The notes: a model not told the origin generated them from the sequence alone. 64,000 nucleotides of DNA from Phoronis australis (GCA_002633005.1 NMRA01000153.1:734067-798066), one strand, 5' to 3'; positions 11,601-24,819 are shown, numbered from the stretch's first letter. Made by a program: numbers and translations.

Positions 11601-14364
11601 TAGGAAATTGAGTGACAAATAACGTTTAAGCAAGATTACCGGTAATACACAAAGCCTAGACCTAAAAATATACCGTAATAGATGTTTACGGGTCAGCCTA
11701 CTTCGGGAGATGTGAGACGTATCGCTCGGTACGTCAGACGGGTAATTTTTCACGACCAGGTCCCCAACTAAAGGGTGTCTTGTCCAATTGCATTCTCACT
11801 TCGGGAATTGTAGGAACAAAGTGGCATTTTACTGGAACAAAACTCTGCGACGAAGGGTTGACCGACTTTTTTCATGACGGCGGTCCCCTGTTCGTGTTCT
11901 CTCATCGAAGTCGTGGGCGCCTCATTTTTCCGCGGGCTTCACCCCATTGAACATTCCCGGTTAAAATTAGCCGAATAACACAGCCACATATAGGCCTATG
12001 TTCACTTTGTAAATAAATGAGCATTGCATACAATGCGTTCGTGACGACTTAATTACCATATTGTGATAACCAGGTCGGTCGTGACACCAACGGCAGTCGC
12101 TATCCTTTGGGTTGGTTTCCCTTCGCCATTCTAATGTTTCCAGTAAACATTTCTCCGCCTCGTCGATATTCCAGTTTGTTGACTTCAAATATCTTGTTAC
12201 CCTGCGTGTGTAAAATTATAAATATCTGCAGGTACGCTGTTAATGCGATAAACGATACCATTCTTTCCTGTATCAACAAGCGTATCAAGTCTACAAATTA
12301 TCACGAGGCGGAATGATCACGTAAATATACTCTGTCTAAATCATTTTATTTAAAAGCGGATTTTAACGTTTTAGATTAGTCGAAACTCATGCCCAAATAA
12401 TGCTCATTCAACACAACTCCAAATGTGTTTAAACTTTGGTGATTTTTTTAATTTAATTGATATTTTTGGTGGTGCTCCACAATATTCTCATTTGCTATAA
12501 TAGCACCAGTACTTTATAATTAACACAGCCTTGTCAGTGTAGCGCAATATGTTCTAGCCAAAATACCAATCCATTATGGAAACAGTTTTTAAAATGTTTC
12601 ATGTAGATTAAAAAATCTACACTAAACATTTTTATTTTCAGACATTTTCAAAGTAGGAGAAAAGTCCGTGCCGCAAAAATTACTGGGATTATGGGAGGTC
12701 ATGCTGTAGTCCTTGTGAAACATGTTTATGTAAACGTATTTCTATTGCCTATATGTCCATAGTTCGGTAACAGCCCCTCTCTTTCACAAATTTTGCAGCT
12801 TCAAACCCAGCCTTTCGTTATTTGTCATGAGAGTTATATAATCTGGTGACAGCGAAGGTAAACAATGTCCCAAGGACATGTTGAGCAGGCGAGAGTTGGA
12901 AATTTATTTGCTCCATTGATGGTCAATGGTAACCGAAGTACCGTGGTTTGGTCATTATACGTATTTTAGTATGTTTTTTCGTTCGGGTCTTTGAACGGTA
13001 CGTGTGATGTGATGTCTTTGGCACAATGTCTATATTTATGCACTGTCACTTTATACTTTAATCATCCCAATGATCAAATATACTATAATAACCACAATAT
13101 CTTTGCAATGATCTCTACAATCTTTTTACGAGACAGACATGGTGGATAAGTGTGTCCCGCTTCTCTTGACTATGACGTCATGGTGCTAGCCAGTGGCTGT
13201 GCAGCGGAACTTTCTTCTGAATTATCGAGCTGGTTTTCCACGTGCTAAGCGATATTATGCAACGAGATGACGATTTTGTCACACTTCCCGTGTTCCCAGT
13301 TTAAATATGTATTTGCATGCTCCTAACTACAGTATGCTGATGCATAACAGGAACTAAACGACTATACCATTTTAACATAACCTATGCATGCGCGCACCCA
13401 AGGGGGGTGGTTCGGGGGGGCTCGAACGAGCGCCCCCATTTGGCGAAGTGGGTAAAAAGGTACGCCCTAGAGAAACAAAAAGTCCGAGAAAACGAGACAA
13501 AAGTCCTCTAAAAAGCCACAAACGCACAGTTAGTCACAGACCTGAATTAAGATGGTACCCCATTTTTTTTAGTCCTCCCGCTTTTTTGTTAGCAAAAGGT
13601 CCACTTTGTCAGAGATTCGAACACCCCATATTAAAGGCTGGGTGCGCGCATGCTATGCTAAACAAAGTGCAGTTGTGTAATCATTGCAAACTCGTTAATG
13701 TGAAAATCTACAAATAGGTGACATTTGCCCTAATGACGTAACTTGCGGGCTCACATAGCCCGCATCATGCAGTGTCATTCCCCAAAATCACGGTCACGAT
13801 ACTTACTGGACAGGTTCAGTGATTTGCAGCGGATCGTTCTTAAAAACATTTGACAATTATCAACCTACTTCATATTCAAATCGTTGTTGTGTTTCTAACT
13901 AATTTAGTCATGCAATCACAGAGATAAGGAATAAGCCTGCAAGTTCCACTATAAAAAAGGACACCAGATCATATTTTAGTCTACGAACACTCACATACAT
14001 ACTGTATACGACAAGGGCCATTGTCCACCAAATTTGACTCGAGGCACGACTAAAACAAATGACCAATCGCGTGCCACTCTTCGAGAACTTTCACAAAATC
14101 CGGCACTTCGACAAGCGTCACCACCTAGTTGATATCACTCAGAACTGCGGAATCAACTTTGTTACATAGCGAGGAATTTTTTAAGGAATTTCATTGCCTC
14201 ATCTCGTGGGAACTAGGGTTTGGCGAATTCCCTAAAAGGAGAGTTTAGTATCTCTCTAACGACACTTACGTTTCGATAGTTATGAATTGTTCGTCCTTCA
14301 GAGGCGGAGTATTTTCCAGTCTTTGTGATAACTCAGCAATGAGTTGTCCTCTGTCTTCGCTCAT
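8119..14364 (-). CDS. CRAL-TRIO (SEC14-like) lipid-binding protein, 330 aa; join(14364-14270,12201-12057,11506-11329,8693-8119)
   Basis: Four exons with GT-AG sites and consistent phases (2,0,1), 993 nt in total. CRAL-TRIO-N motif TRYLKSTNWNIDEAEKCLLETLEWR; Sec14 motifs GFDELGRPVIY and HYPERLG...IWKPLKHFLDPST. Confidence 0.9.
8721..8856. mobile_element. MITE family B (CATGGGCGGCGCA TIR), 5-bp TSD TGTTA
   Basis: catgggcggcgca...tgcgccgcccatg flanked by tgtta on both sides. Confidence 0.85.
9182..9627. repeat. Degenerate minisatellite (about 25-33 bp, agctgtgtgaagcgtaagaccatat) interrupted by a MITE
   Basis: Tandem copies read directly from the sequence. Confidence 0.85.
9411..9554. mobile_element. 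MITE family C (CAGRGGCGGAT TIR), 5-bp TSD AGCTG
   Basis: cagaggcggattta...tggatccgcccctg flanked by agctg on both sides. Confidence 0.85.
9641..9783. mobile_element. MITE family B, second copy
   Basis: Same TIRs and body as 8721-8856; TSD taagt/taaat. Confidence 0.8.
10265..10684. mobile_element. MITE with about 55-bp imperfect TIRs
   Basis: gaaacagtcccaaatagggactca...ggtccctaaatc is mirrored by gatttagggacc...tgagtccctatttgggactgtttc. Confidence 0.7.
10835..11203. mobile_element. Tc1/mariner-type MITE with TA TSD
   Basis: ta|ccgggattttccgtagataag ... cttatctacggaaaatcccga|ta. Confidence 0.8.
11329..11506 (-). CDS. CRAL-TRIO gene exon 3
   Basis: ttttctcag|RQVGFDELGRPVIYAC...WTFVIDCTG|gtaaat. 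Confidence 0.9.
12057..12201 (-). CDS. CRAL-TRIO gene exon 2
   Basis: acgcag|VTRYLKSTNWNIDEAEK...GYHNM|gtaatt. Confidence 0.9.
13387..13652 (+). mobile_element. MITE family A, 5-bp TSD CTATG
   Basis: catgcgcgcaccca...tgggtgcgcgcatg with ctatg on both sides. Confidence 0.85.
14270..14364 (-). CDS. CRAL-TRIO gene exon 1
   Basis: MSEDRGQLIAELSQRLENTPPLKDEQFITIE(T)|gtaag; phase 2 matches exon 2. Confidence 0.8.
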
Positions 14365-16124
14365 TACGAAGAAAACTGCAAATTGTAAATGTACAATCTA
14401 CGTTTGAAAATATAATTGAGGAAGATGCAATAGTGAGTAAATAAGTGCGATAGAGGATATCACCTCTAGCGTCCCGCAGTCTTCGCTGTGGATGTTTGTC
14501 ACTATATCGCTTTCCAATGAAAAATACCCATTGCGCCCTGTCCAACGTTGTTGTGGGCCTCTATTATATCATTCAAATAAGCCATGTATTGTTCGATTAG
14601 ACATACAAGTCTCGACCTCCACATATATGTGTTGTCGTCATCACTTACACTGAAGTACATCTGTGTTGCCTGATCCCCAAACAGACGAAGCCGGCAACTT
14701 CAACTCCAGGCGCTGTGTCAAAGCAGCTATGATTGATATCGCAACCAGCGAAATACATTCAGTTAGGCGGTTGGGAAATGACAAAGGACCCTATAGTGCT
14801 AAGCTACATTCCCAAATATATGTAACTCGCTGGTAATTCGACTTACTTCCTGTAATTTTGCACAGTATATGGTAGTTTCATCTTCATTGGTGCAATTTTC
14901 TAAAATATTAACACGTGCTAAAGCGAGTAAACCCCCCCTTTCTGTCAAATACGTTTTGATTTAAACCATTTTACCGTCGGACATTGGTCTCAAATTGATC
15001 ACGTTGGGAATCTGGAAACTCTACCGTGAAAAGCTTGTTGTCAAGTTTCCTTCTCTAGGACACGAAGCTACGAAAGTTTTCAATGAACATCTTATGTGGT
15101 TGAGAATCATTTTTGACAGCACTGACACTCAGTCCTCTGTTTCTAACTCAGTCAACAATGGCGTGTATCATCTTACTGATAGAAGTATTTGGTCAAAGTT
15201 TGATCTCCACATATTAACCACATGCGGGTACGTATTTACAATCAATTAAAAGCATGCCATTATCTTGTATCTCTGACATCAAGAGCATTTTAAGCAACAA
15301 TTTATGGTTCTGAAGACGGGCTTCCACATCAGCTGCTTTCCTTCCCCATAAATTGTTTAATCTCGATTTAACACAATTCTTTGCCGAACTATTTTTCAGC
15401 TGGACTCATGAAAAAGTCATTGATTTCCAAAATTCACGTTGAGCCGACTCGCGGTCGAGCCGGCCTCGCCACCTGGTGACTGATGGGTTGAAAATTCAGG
15501 TATCCAAGATTCCTGCATCACTCATACAAAAGGTTGTTATTTCTATCCATTTTCGAGTCCGCATCCTAATCTTCAGGAACACCCCCATCAAAAATATAGT
15601 CGAGTGCCCCCCAGGAGAAGCATGCATATACATGCCAAGGTCGCACCAAATGGTGGTTTCAACATTGCTAAGTAATCTCCCGTATAGTTTCAAACAACTG
15701 CGGGCTGGAGTCAATGAGAAGTCCTAGAGATCTAGGACTGATGTATGGTATATATGCATGTAATGACATGTTGGCTGTTTGTCCATGTATAATGCATATA
15801 GATCATAAACTCACGACAATATTTGTCACTACTTCATTCTAGCCCCCCTCTTCGCATGGCGAGACTATATGGAAGGCCAACTAGCGGAAAAAAGTCCAGG
15901 ACACATATGTGATTCTGCAGTGATAATGACCAGCCGGGTCCAGGTAGCCTAACGTTTTGAGCCACCTGTCAACTGCAGTAACGAGCGTCTCTACTCAAGC
16001 CCAGAAAAAATCGTTTAGTTTGTCTGATGATACCTGAATGACTTGGTATTCAATACCAGTGAGATTAGAAGTGCGTCCACTGAAAACAAAGTAGCGAGTA
16101 CTTTTCACAGAAAGCGAGTATCCA

Positions 16125-16328
16125 CATGCGCGCACCCATTTGGCGAAGTGGGCAAAAAGGTCCGCCCCTGTGAGACAAAAAGTCCGAGAAAATGGGACAA
16201 AAGTCCACTAAATAAGCGCAAACACGCACTTCACAATGGTGTTCCCCCCCTTTTTTTTAGTTCACCCCCAAAAGGTCCACAACATCAGGAATTCGAGCCC
16301 CCCATATTGAAGGCTGGTTGCGCCCATG
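16125..16328 (+). mobile_element. MITE family A (internally deleted), 5-bp TSD ATCCA
   Basis: Same TIRs and body as the other family A copies; atcca on both sides. Confidence 0.85.
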
Positions 16329-19300
16329 ATCCAGTCCGCTTGATAAGTTGGGCCTACGGTGCTCAGCTGGGATCTCACGGTACCTACTGTATATAAAGAC
16401 CAACCCACGCACGTGTGTACATAGCATATGTATGATTATTACCAGCATATAGACACAATTCTCGTCTCGGCATTACACGAATTGTACTGCTGCGGCTGTT
16501 AGAGTACGAGACTTTCGGAATCCTCATATTGGCTCTTGGACATCAATAATACAACTATAGAGTCGGCTGTCTATAACTGACCTGCGGGGTCGACTGTTTC
16601 TCGAAGATTCTACGCGGCGGCATTAACCTGTTGCGCGAAATCAAGATAAAAAGTCAGAAAATGTGTTTATAACTGAGTCAGGAAGACAAAAATCCGTAGC
16701 CTGCTCGGGAGCAGATTAAAAGCCTACCTGAAGACACAGAAATCCGTTTTGGCTGTACGTATGAACTCTCCCAGAAACAGGTCCACGGCCGCAATATCAC
16801 AAGGTCCACACTGTGTTGATTGATACACACATATGTATACAAAGACGCGTACGAGTGGCCTTCTTTTGTCTATTTTGACCTTGCCTAATGTATACAGCGT
16901 ACAGGCGCCGCTAAACTACAGCCTAGCTGTAAGAATTCGAAATACAAAACATGAAAATCTAGTTGAGATTTAACCAACTTTGGGACATCAAATCTCAGGT
17001 TCAGATTCAAACGAGACGCTGCCTGGATTCGTTTTGTTTAATTGTATAATGTCCCACATTCGTTTAAAATGAGGAGCATCGCAAATATAGAACTTCTGGG
17101 ATTATTATACAAGTCTCGAATATAGCATAACGCTAATTTTGAGAAATGTAACTACGATTCTGAAAGTAAGAAATATTTGTATGCAAAAGAAATTTGGCCA
17201 TTTTAGAAATAACATTTTGCTATGAATATAGTGTACCCCACTTCGTTTTACTGAGATATATGGTCGCGTCACTCAATTAATGACCGACTGGTATGAAGCG
17301 ACTCAGAGCTTTCTAATTACAAAAAATATGCCTTTACAGAGTTAAACTCCTTAATATTTTTCTGAACGCACAATCTTGTTGATACGTAGGGGTATTGTTG
17401 TGTTAAAACAAGACCAACAGACGTTTCGCGCCTGGAGGAAGTGCCCAACGTTCTTTTTATGTAACGTTCCCTACACGCCTAACTGAATACTGAACATCAA
17501 TGCCGACATGATATTCCCAGCGACACACCTGTTGCTTTTCTCAACAGACGACGCAAGCGTTGGGACACATCGTGACTTTCACCATCACCGTATATGAGAC
17601 GATTACACTATAGTTACCTGGCTGATGTGTTTATAGTTGAATTCTTTTATGACCATCAATTTGGATACGCTTGCCAACTGATATTTCGGTGCATCAGTTC
17701 GTCTGTCATGTATTGATCACGGTGTTGAATACAATGCCACGTTTGAACATATGGGTCTCAGGGCAGTAAGCTTTTGACATTCAGACAGCTGATAAATTAT
17801 TTCTAGGGGAGATAAATCGTAGAAGGCTTGAACATCGATGTCTGATCAGCTCTGACGCGGGTTTATAGGAGTAAAGAGGGGTCACAGATACCTCCAAAAG
17901 GTCTTCATTTATATGCAAAGATTGTATTTTTAATTTATTCCGTAATCCGGGATCATCCGAGAATGCACCCTTGAAATGAACGGAGTCTGTTTTCAACTCC
18001 GGGATATCTCAGCCAGTAATTTCTTAGTACCACACCGGGGTTCCGGTTTCCCGCGATGGAACACCTTGTGTATGTTTACATTATGAGAGGTTTTGGCGAG
18101 ACAGTACTCCATTTTGCCGGTAGGAAACAACGTCATCCACAGTTTCGGATGTTAGTAGGTTTTTGTAAAGTAAACTGTGCTTTCGTGTTCTATGATGCTG
18201 TATCAAAGTTCTACATTAAGTGGCGTCCAAACAGTTAGCTCAGATTGTATTTTTGTACTAAAATAAGTTTTTGTAGGCAAAGGTGTTGCCAAATACATGT
18301 ATGGAGGTTGATTAATTACTTTTCTGCTTAGCAATTAAAATAATCACTATTTCGCGCGATGAGTTCGGTCATTTTAGTGAGTCATGATCGTGTATTCGGC
18401 ATGCTGTATGGGAGTGAACCGAGTTTGGGCGGACCCGTGTGTCGTGTTTCAACGTAAATTTAATGTGAGTCCGCGATCGTTTATTTTGAGTGAATGAATC
18501 GTGTTTTGTGAGTCCACTCCCGTGTATGTGAGTCAATGAACGGTGTTTACAGGTACGTGAGTCGTGTGTTGGTGTGTCCGACACCGTGTTTAGCAGTCCG
18601 TTAACCGTGTACTTTAGTTACATTGAGCTTCATGGAAAATCCAACCCGGGTTCATCCCACATCACTGAGCATGCAACTTCGTTTGTGTATTGGCTTGGGC
18701 ACCAAGTCTCGTCACATTGAATATATGAGGCAGGTTGGCCAGTTTATGACTTATACTGTTACCGTAATTTATAGCAAAACATGCCTTGACGCAATATGGA
18801 ACACTAAATTAGGTCCAAAATTATTCTGATATGAAAAGTTGTAACCTAGCTAATTGTTTCAACCAAAATAACATTTTACTGAAATATGCATAAAACATCT
18901 TCCATACACCACGTTAGCTAATTGCCACCACAGCCATCGTGTTATTAACAATGTAATTTTTAGCTTCGGGGCAGCAAGTTTACTGATTCTAGAGGCCATC
19001 TATGCATCTGGTCCTCCGCTCCAAACACTGGAAAAGGGCTAAATCTTCCTCAAGGGCCTGGTCGTCACCCCCCGGGGTGGGTGTGTAAAAGTGTACTAAA
19101 CCCTGTTTTGATAATTTCTGCAATGGCGTCAATCTTCCAAGTCAAAGGCAGAAATGATCATTTCCCACAGCCGTTGCTAAAAGTGTAGGACAAACTTGCC
19201 AGTTTAGGAGACTTTGAAAGGACTGTTTTTTTTCCAATTTTCCTCCAAATTTTTGAGGGTTGTCGAAGGTTACAGACCGTTATTTCGTTTCAGAAAACTG

Positions 19301-19726
19301 GATGGAAGTCGTTTTTATGCGTTAATAGGCCAAAGCGGGTTTGGCATCCTTTTAATTGCACTGTTGCTGCCGACTTCCAGGTCGTCTTTGGAAGAGATCA
19401 ATAAGTTTGGATAATCTTTTTGTCCTTATAAAATTCGAAATATATCACATCGAATGACTGCTTGGTATACTTTCACTTCTCGCGATGACGTAACATGTAT
19501 AAGACCGGCACATAGCCTTGAACTCTGGTCAGAGTGATGTTGAAAATGAATATGTTTCGAGAACCAAATTTGCATGAGTCAAATACCCTACCTCGTGCCT
19601 GTTTCATCCTCGACTGTATGACACTCGCTGGTTCCCTGCGTGCCGCTAGGTGGTTGCTACCACCTAGCAGGCCGAACCAGCGAGCTGTATGACATTGCCA
19701 ATCCAAAGAACCCCCATGTAACGCCC

Positions 19727-22325
19727 CATGCGCGCACCCAAGGCAGTGGCGGATCTACGGGGGGGGGGTTCAGGGGTTTAACCCCCCCTCGGGCCAGGAC
19801 CCAAAAATTAAAAAAAAAACAAAAGCGTCTCAAGCAAAACAAAAACGGCACCGCCAGCGTGTGTAAACCCCAAGTAAACCAACTTGGAAAAAATGAGAGG
19901 GGGGTTCACTCTGAAAATATAGTTTTTTTGCATTGTGAATTGCTGAGTCTTTGTGGCACATTGGCAAAACGCGCGGGGATTTATTGTGCGCGCGCTTCCG
20001 TCGACACTTCTGAAGTAGCCAAGCATTTTAGATGGATTCACCGCTGAAAGAGCAGTTCTATAGCTAATTTCTATAGGTAACTAGCTTTTTTACTCTAAGA
20101 TATGTTTTGATTTGATTAGGGGAAATACTGCGGTGCCGCAACCCTGATATTCAGGCGAATTGACGCACAACGTTTTTACCTCATCTGTCATGCCGTGTCA
20201 TTCTATTACACTCCACACGTTTGTAACTGATGTATAGTAAAGTTGTCTTACAATATCATACAGTGTACATGTACATGTAATATTGTGTACATGTACATGG
20301 AATATTTTTGAAAAAAATTCTTTTTCGGAAGAATTGCTATTGTGGCGGGCGCAGTGGTCTGGTCGCGAGTCCGTTTGAAGACACACTCTATAACAAGTTA
20401 TGTCTATACAAGGAATGACCAAGGGGGCACTCACATTGAGAAAGTGACTGCATTCGCGAAAAGTGTACAGTACCAGAAATTGCGGGGAGGCTGTTCTTTC
20501 ACAACAAAGTCTTGCGGGACTCGTGCGATGTTCAATAGACCTCCTAAGGAGCCCTAGTTCCGACCTCAACACCTACCGTCTGTCTACCTGCAATAAGCAC
20601 ACTGCGTCTTCTGTACTGGGAATTTCCGCAGAAAGGCTCACCCGATGAAACGCTCATGCCCATGGGCATTTATTTGATATTAGTACTTCGGGTTTCAAGC
20701 GTTCAGACATTGGGACGTTTATTTCGAAAATTGCAATAGGTCCTGGGATGCTTCGTCAAGGTTTGAAGTAGTCCATGATGAACGGATCAAATTGAGTTGC
20801 GCATATAAGTCTTTTGAATGGACTTGGCAACCTCAAGGGTCTTAGTGTCAACTGAGCTGCGAAACGAGATGCTGACATTGTAGAGGCTTACAAGCTCATT
20901 GACACAGCAGTTGACGAAGTGCAAGAGTTGGGAACAAACATCGAAGATATCTGGGTAGAATGGTTCCAAGACGAGCAAATCATTGGATCCGATATACAAA
21001 TTCCTCGGCAGTCTAGACAACAGAAGGACAGGACTAACGTATGAGTAACCACTGGGGATTAAAATTTTAGAGAGAAGTTTTCAATTCAAAATTTTTTGCA
21101 TAGTACACTTTAGGTCTCGCGACGGACCAGGCCAGCTTGATTTGTGTACATGTTGAGTTTCAGTGTACTTCTGGTCCCTCGGCGAACTAGTCTTGTGATT
21201 TTTTTACCAAAGTGTGGTTTGTAAAACTATTTATCTCAGCCAGTACTGTTTGGTCCCGCGACAGATCGACTATTTTTATAGGGATAATAAGCACAGGTGT
21301 ACTCTTGGTCTCGTGACGGACCAGGTCAGCTTTTTGTGTACTCTCAGTGTACATCTGGTCCCTCTGCAAACTAGTCCAGTGTATCTTTTCACGACTGTGC
21401 ACAGGGTGTTTTGGTTTCGTGAAACTGTTTTCAGATGATTTGTTTCCTGATAGATTTGACGTTTTTCAATTGTTGTCAACGTGATTCAGCTTAATAAAGT
21501 GATATATTGTCGCTTTTAATAATAGACTATGAGTTGAGAGCACCATCGTTCGCCAGTTTTTCTCGTAACGAGACAGAACACATGTTTATTTCCGGACTAA
21601 CAGTAGAGGTCCTCGTTCTTAAACAACTTGAGGCTGCTGTTACGCCGCGTTCATCTGATATTCAAGTTTTTACGCCCCGTCGGTGCTCCTTAATTATGCT
21701 CTTGAATATTTGGAAATTGTCTACACCCCTGTATACACACCACACTTTTTCGTATACGACTTTTCGTATGCTAAAAAGGTGTGTGTAAGCAGATGTTCCA
21801 ACAAAAATTTGTGCTGGTGGCGTGACTCATACCCAGATGTGCACAATATGGTTTCACGAAACTTATGTGCCAAGTTCATGTGACGAAATCGAGAAGAGTT
21901 TTTAATTATCTTAAGAAAAACTCCAGAGACATGTTAAGTGCCAGAAACTTACCAGGATGCATGGAAATTTCAATATTTGGCTAAAAAAACAATAAAATAT
22001 CTTACACGGGAGGGGAAACCCCCCCTCCCTGCCTCCCCCCGCTCGGCGCCACGCGCCTACGATTCGACCTTGGCGGGAATCCTAAACCCACCCCTTACTG
22101 AAAACGTAGATCCGCCACTGCAGGGGGTGCGAAGAGGGCAAAGATTCCTCCTCTGAGCGACAAAAAGTCCGAGAAAATGAGGCTAAAGTCCATTAAACAT
22201 GCGCAAAAGCGTAATTCACAGTACTGGTGCTTCTGTTTTTTTTTAGTCCGCCCACTTTTTGTTAGCAAGAGGTCAACAAAGTCAGGAATTCGAGCCACCC
22301 ATATTGAAGGCTGGGTGCGCGCATG
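19727..22325 (+). mobile_element. MITE family A copy split by a nested 2.4-kb element
   Basis: Left TIR at 19727, remainder at 22121-22325; TSD cgccc/cgcct. Confidence 0.8.
19744..22120 (-). mobile_element. Degenerate hAT-like DNA transposon with perfect 16-bp TIRs
   Basis: TIRs cagtggcggatctacg / cgtagatccgccactg, flanks caagg/caggg. Minus-strand remnants (FYPDIF, KTYMRNS, GHERFIG*AFL) at about 20600-21020 resemble the hAT dimerization domain. Confidence 0.7.
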
Positions 22326-23005
22326 CGCCTACCACACAATCGAGCGCGTTGGTTAGGATCTTTATCGTATTAGTCGGCACGACAGTAAGTGAGCCAAGCG
22401 CACCTCTGCAAACCGCAATGACAAGATCTAGTTGTCTAGAGGCGTAAACAACACAACGACCACATAGCATACGTTGTCGTTCCCAGAATGAAAATCAGTG
22501 AAGACTGGTCTTCAAACGGATAAATCCATCGACAAATAGTAATAATACTTTGCCGTGTGGAGTTAATTAAGGGTGGAAGTGCACGCATTGCATATTGAAG
22601 CCATCAACCCTTGGGCGCTTTTATTGACGGTGGATTTCCAATGATAACTACAGAGAGATAAGTTAACCCCATTTTTCAGACTTAGCTCTTATGGTTTTAT
22701 AGGAATGAATTTCTAAAATAGAATTGAATTTATGAAACAGAATTGAATTTACACTATTGGATAGAAATTTAAAAATAGGATTGCGTTTTATTTTAAGTAG
22801 GATTGAATTGATTAAATAACATTAGATTTGCAAAATAGGATTAGTTGAATTGATTAATTATAAGTAGCATTGAATTTACGAAAATATTAATTTTGTTATT
22901 TTAAAATAATTTCTGCTCTTTCCGCTGCTCATACGCTGGTTCGCGGTCAGGTAAGGTTGGGTTACCCACAAGGCCCAGTTTAAGACGAAGATACGACGGT
23001 GTAAC

Positions 23006-23095
23006 CAGGATTTTGAGTTGGGGGGGGGGNNNNNNNNNNNNNNNNNNNNNNNNNNNNNCATGGCCCCCTTGGCCCCCCCTCTAAATCTGCCACTG
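23006..23095. mobile_element. MITE family C copy spanning an N gap, TSD GTAAC
   Basis: Right end ctaaatctgccactg; gtaac on both sides; left TIR partly deleted. Confidence 0.65.
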
Positions 23096-23656
23096 GTAAC
23101 TGTGTGAACGTTGTATCCCTGCTCGTGGAAAACGAAGTTCAGCAAGGGTATTATGTATAATATGTTTAATTAGAAAAATGGGACTCGTGGAATTGCGAGT
23201 GAGAACATAATAAACCACTGAGGTTCGTTGTAAAGCAATTCAGCTGTTTTAAATACATTTTGTACAACGAGCGACTTGGTGTCAAAAAGAAGAAATTTCG
23301 TGAAGTTTCAGAGTTCTTCATTTCTGATTTCTGAAAACCAAACTCAGGCAACGTCACGTGACGGAAGAATTCCAGCCAACCCGCACCTTAATTATACAGC
23401 TAATACAGCACAAATACAAGGAACTCTTGAAATTTCTTGAAAAACATCACGATTTTACAAATTCTTAGTACTGATGTTGCCAGTCATGTTTCCGTGACCA
23501 TCTTGAATGTATCCGTGAATTTACAAAAATAGGCCTAGGGACTTATATTCGTAAAATGACCTTCCAAAAACGTCAAATGAAACCGAATATACAACCGGGC
23601 GTATTTTCGGAAACTATGTTAAACTTTCATGATGCAGTTTTGAAGCAAACAACTAC

Positions 23657-24328
23657 AGTAGTATAGTAAGAGGTTTAGATGCCCCGTTTTGAGGCTCCTC
23701 GGTCAAAGGTCATCTAAAAGGAGGTCACGTGGTATAACTGCGATCGGGACACCTACCGGACGGATGTGTCAATGACGTCATGACGTAATAGGTTTGATTA
23801 GAGAGGCAACTCGTTTTGCGGCTCCTAGCAACGGATTGAAACAAAAGAGGGATGACAAGAACAAAACGTGAATTACCTTGGTTCGTGTGCGTCGAGTGTC
23901 GTTGTATTTTGTGTGTTCTGTCTCATCAAAAACAAAGGCAAAAAGGGGATAACCACCCAACCCAACAACAGATGTCGTGTAAAGTCTAACCCAGGCCCCG
24001 ACGGTACTGAGCGAATCGTACTNGTTGGGTGGTTATCCCCTTTTTGCCTTTGTTTTTGATGAGACAGAACACACAAAATACAACGACACTCGACGCACAC
24101 GAACCAAGGTAATTCACGTTTTGTTCTTGTCATCCCTCTTTTGTTTCAATCCGTTGCTAGGAGCCGCAAAACGAGTTGCCTCTCTAATCAAACCTATTAC
24201 GTCATGACGTCATTGACACATCCGTCCGGTAGGTGTCCCGATCGCAGTTATACCACGTGACCTCCTTTTAGATGACCTTTGACCGAGGAGCCTCAAAACG
24301 GGGCATCTAAACCTCTTACTATACTACT
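23657..24328. mobile_element. Polinton/Maverick-type termini: 305-bp perfect TIRs with 6-bp TSD; body absent or in the gap
   Basis: 23657-23961 is the reverse complement of 24024-24328. Termini AGTAGT...ACTACT; aactac at 23651-23656 and 24329-24334; N at 24023. Confidence 0.8.
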
Positions 24329-24819
24329 AACTACCACTTAATTGATTATTCACTAAGACTGGCTTTCAAAGTACGTAAGAGGGTTAGTTACTGACAAGGG
24401 CACACTCTCCTTGGATGGTAGTTGAGTAAAATCGTGATCCCAAACTATAATGTGTTGGTAAAATGAACAAAAATTTACATCACATCATATTAGATACGTA
24501 TTTTTAGAATAATCTCTCACGAATAGTTATCACAAATACGCCTATTTGCGAGCTTTTGGGCTGGCCTATTTTCGAAAATTCCCGCTACGGCATTTTCTCA
24601 TTGTGCCGAAGACAACGCCAAGATTTGACAAGGATAAAAATGTATTGACGCCAAATGGTAAAAGACAGGTTTCAGTCTCAGTTCCAAAACCACAGACATC
24701 TTAATCTTGATGTCTATGTCCAAAACCTATTCGTATTATCCTCAAGGTAGCGCTTTGCCACTTTTTAAAGTTTTAAAACTTGTCACCAGGTAGCGCACCG
24801 AGCCGATGTGCAAACGGAT

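Noticed and set aside
23778-24207. Duplicated 60-aa ORFs on opposite strands
   Set aside because: They result from the inverted repeat and encode no recognisable protein.
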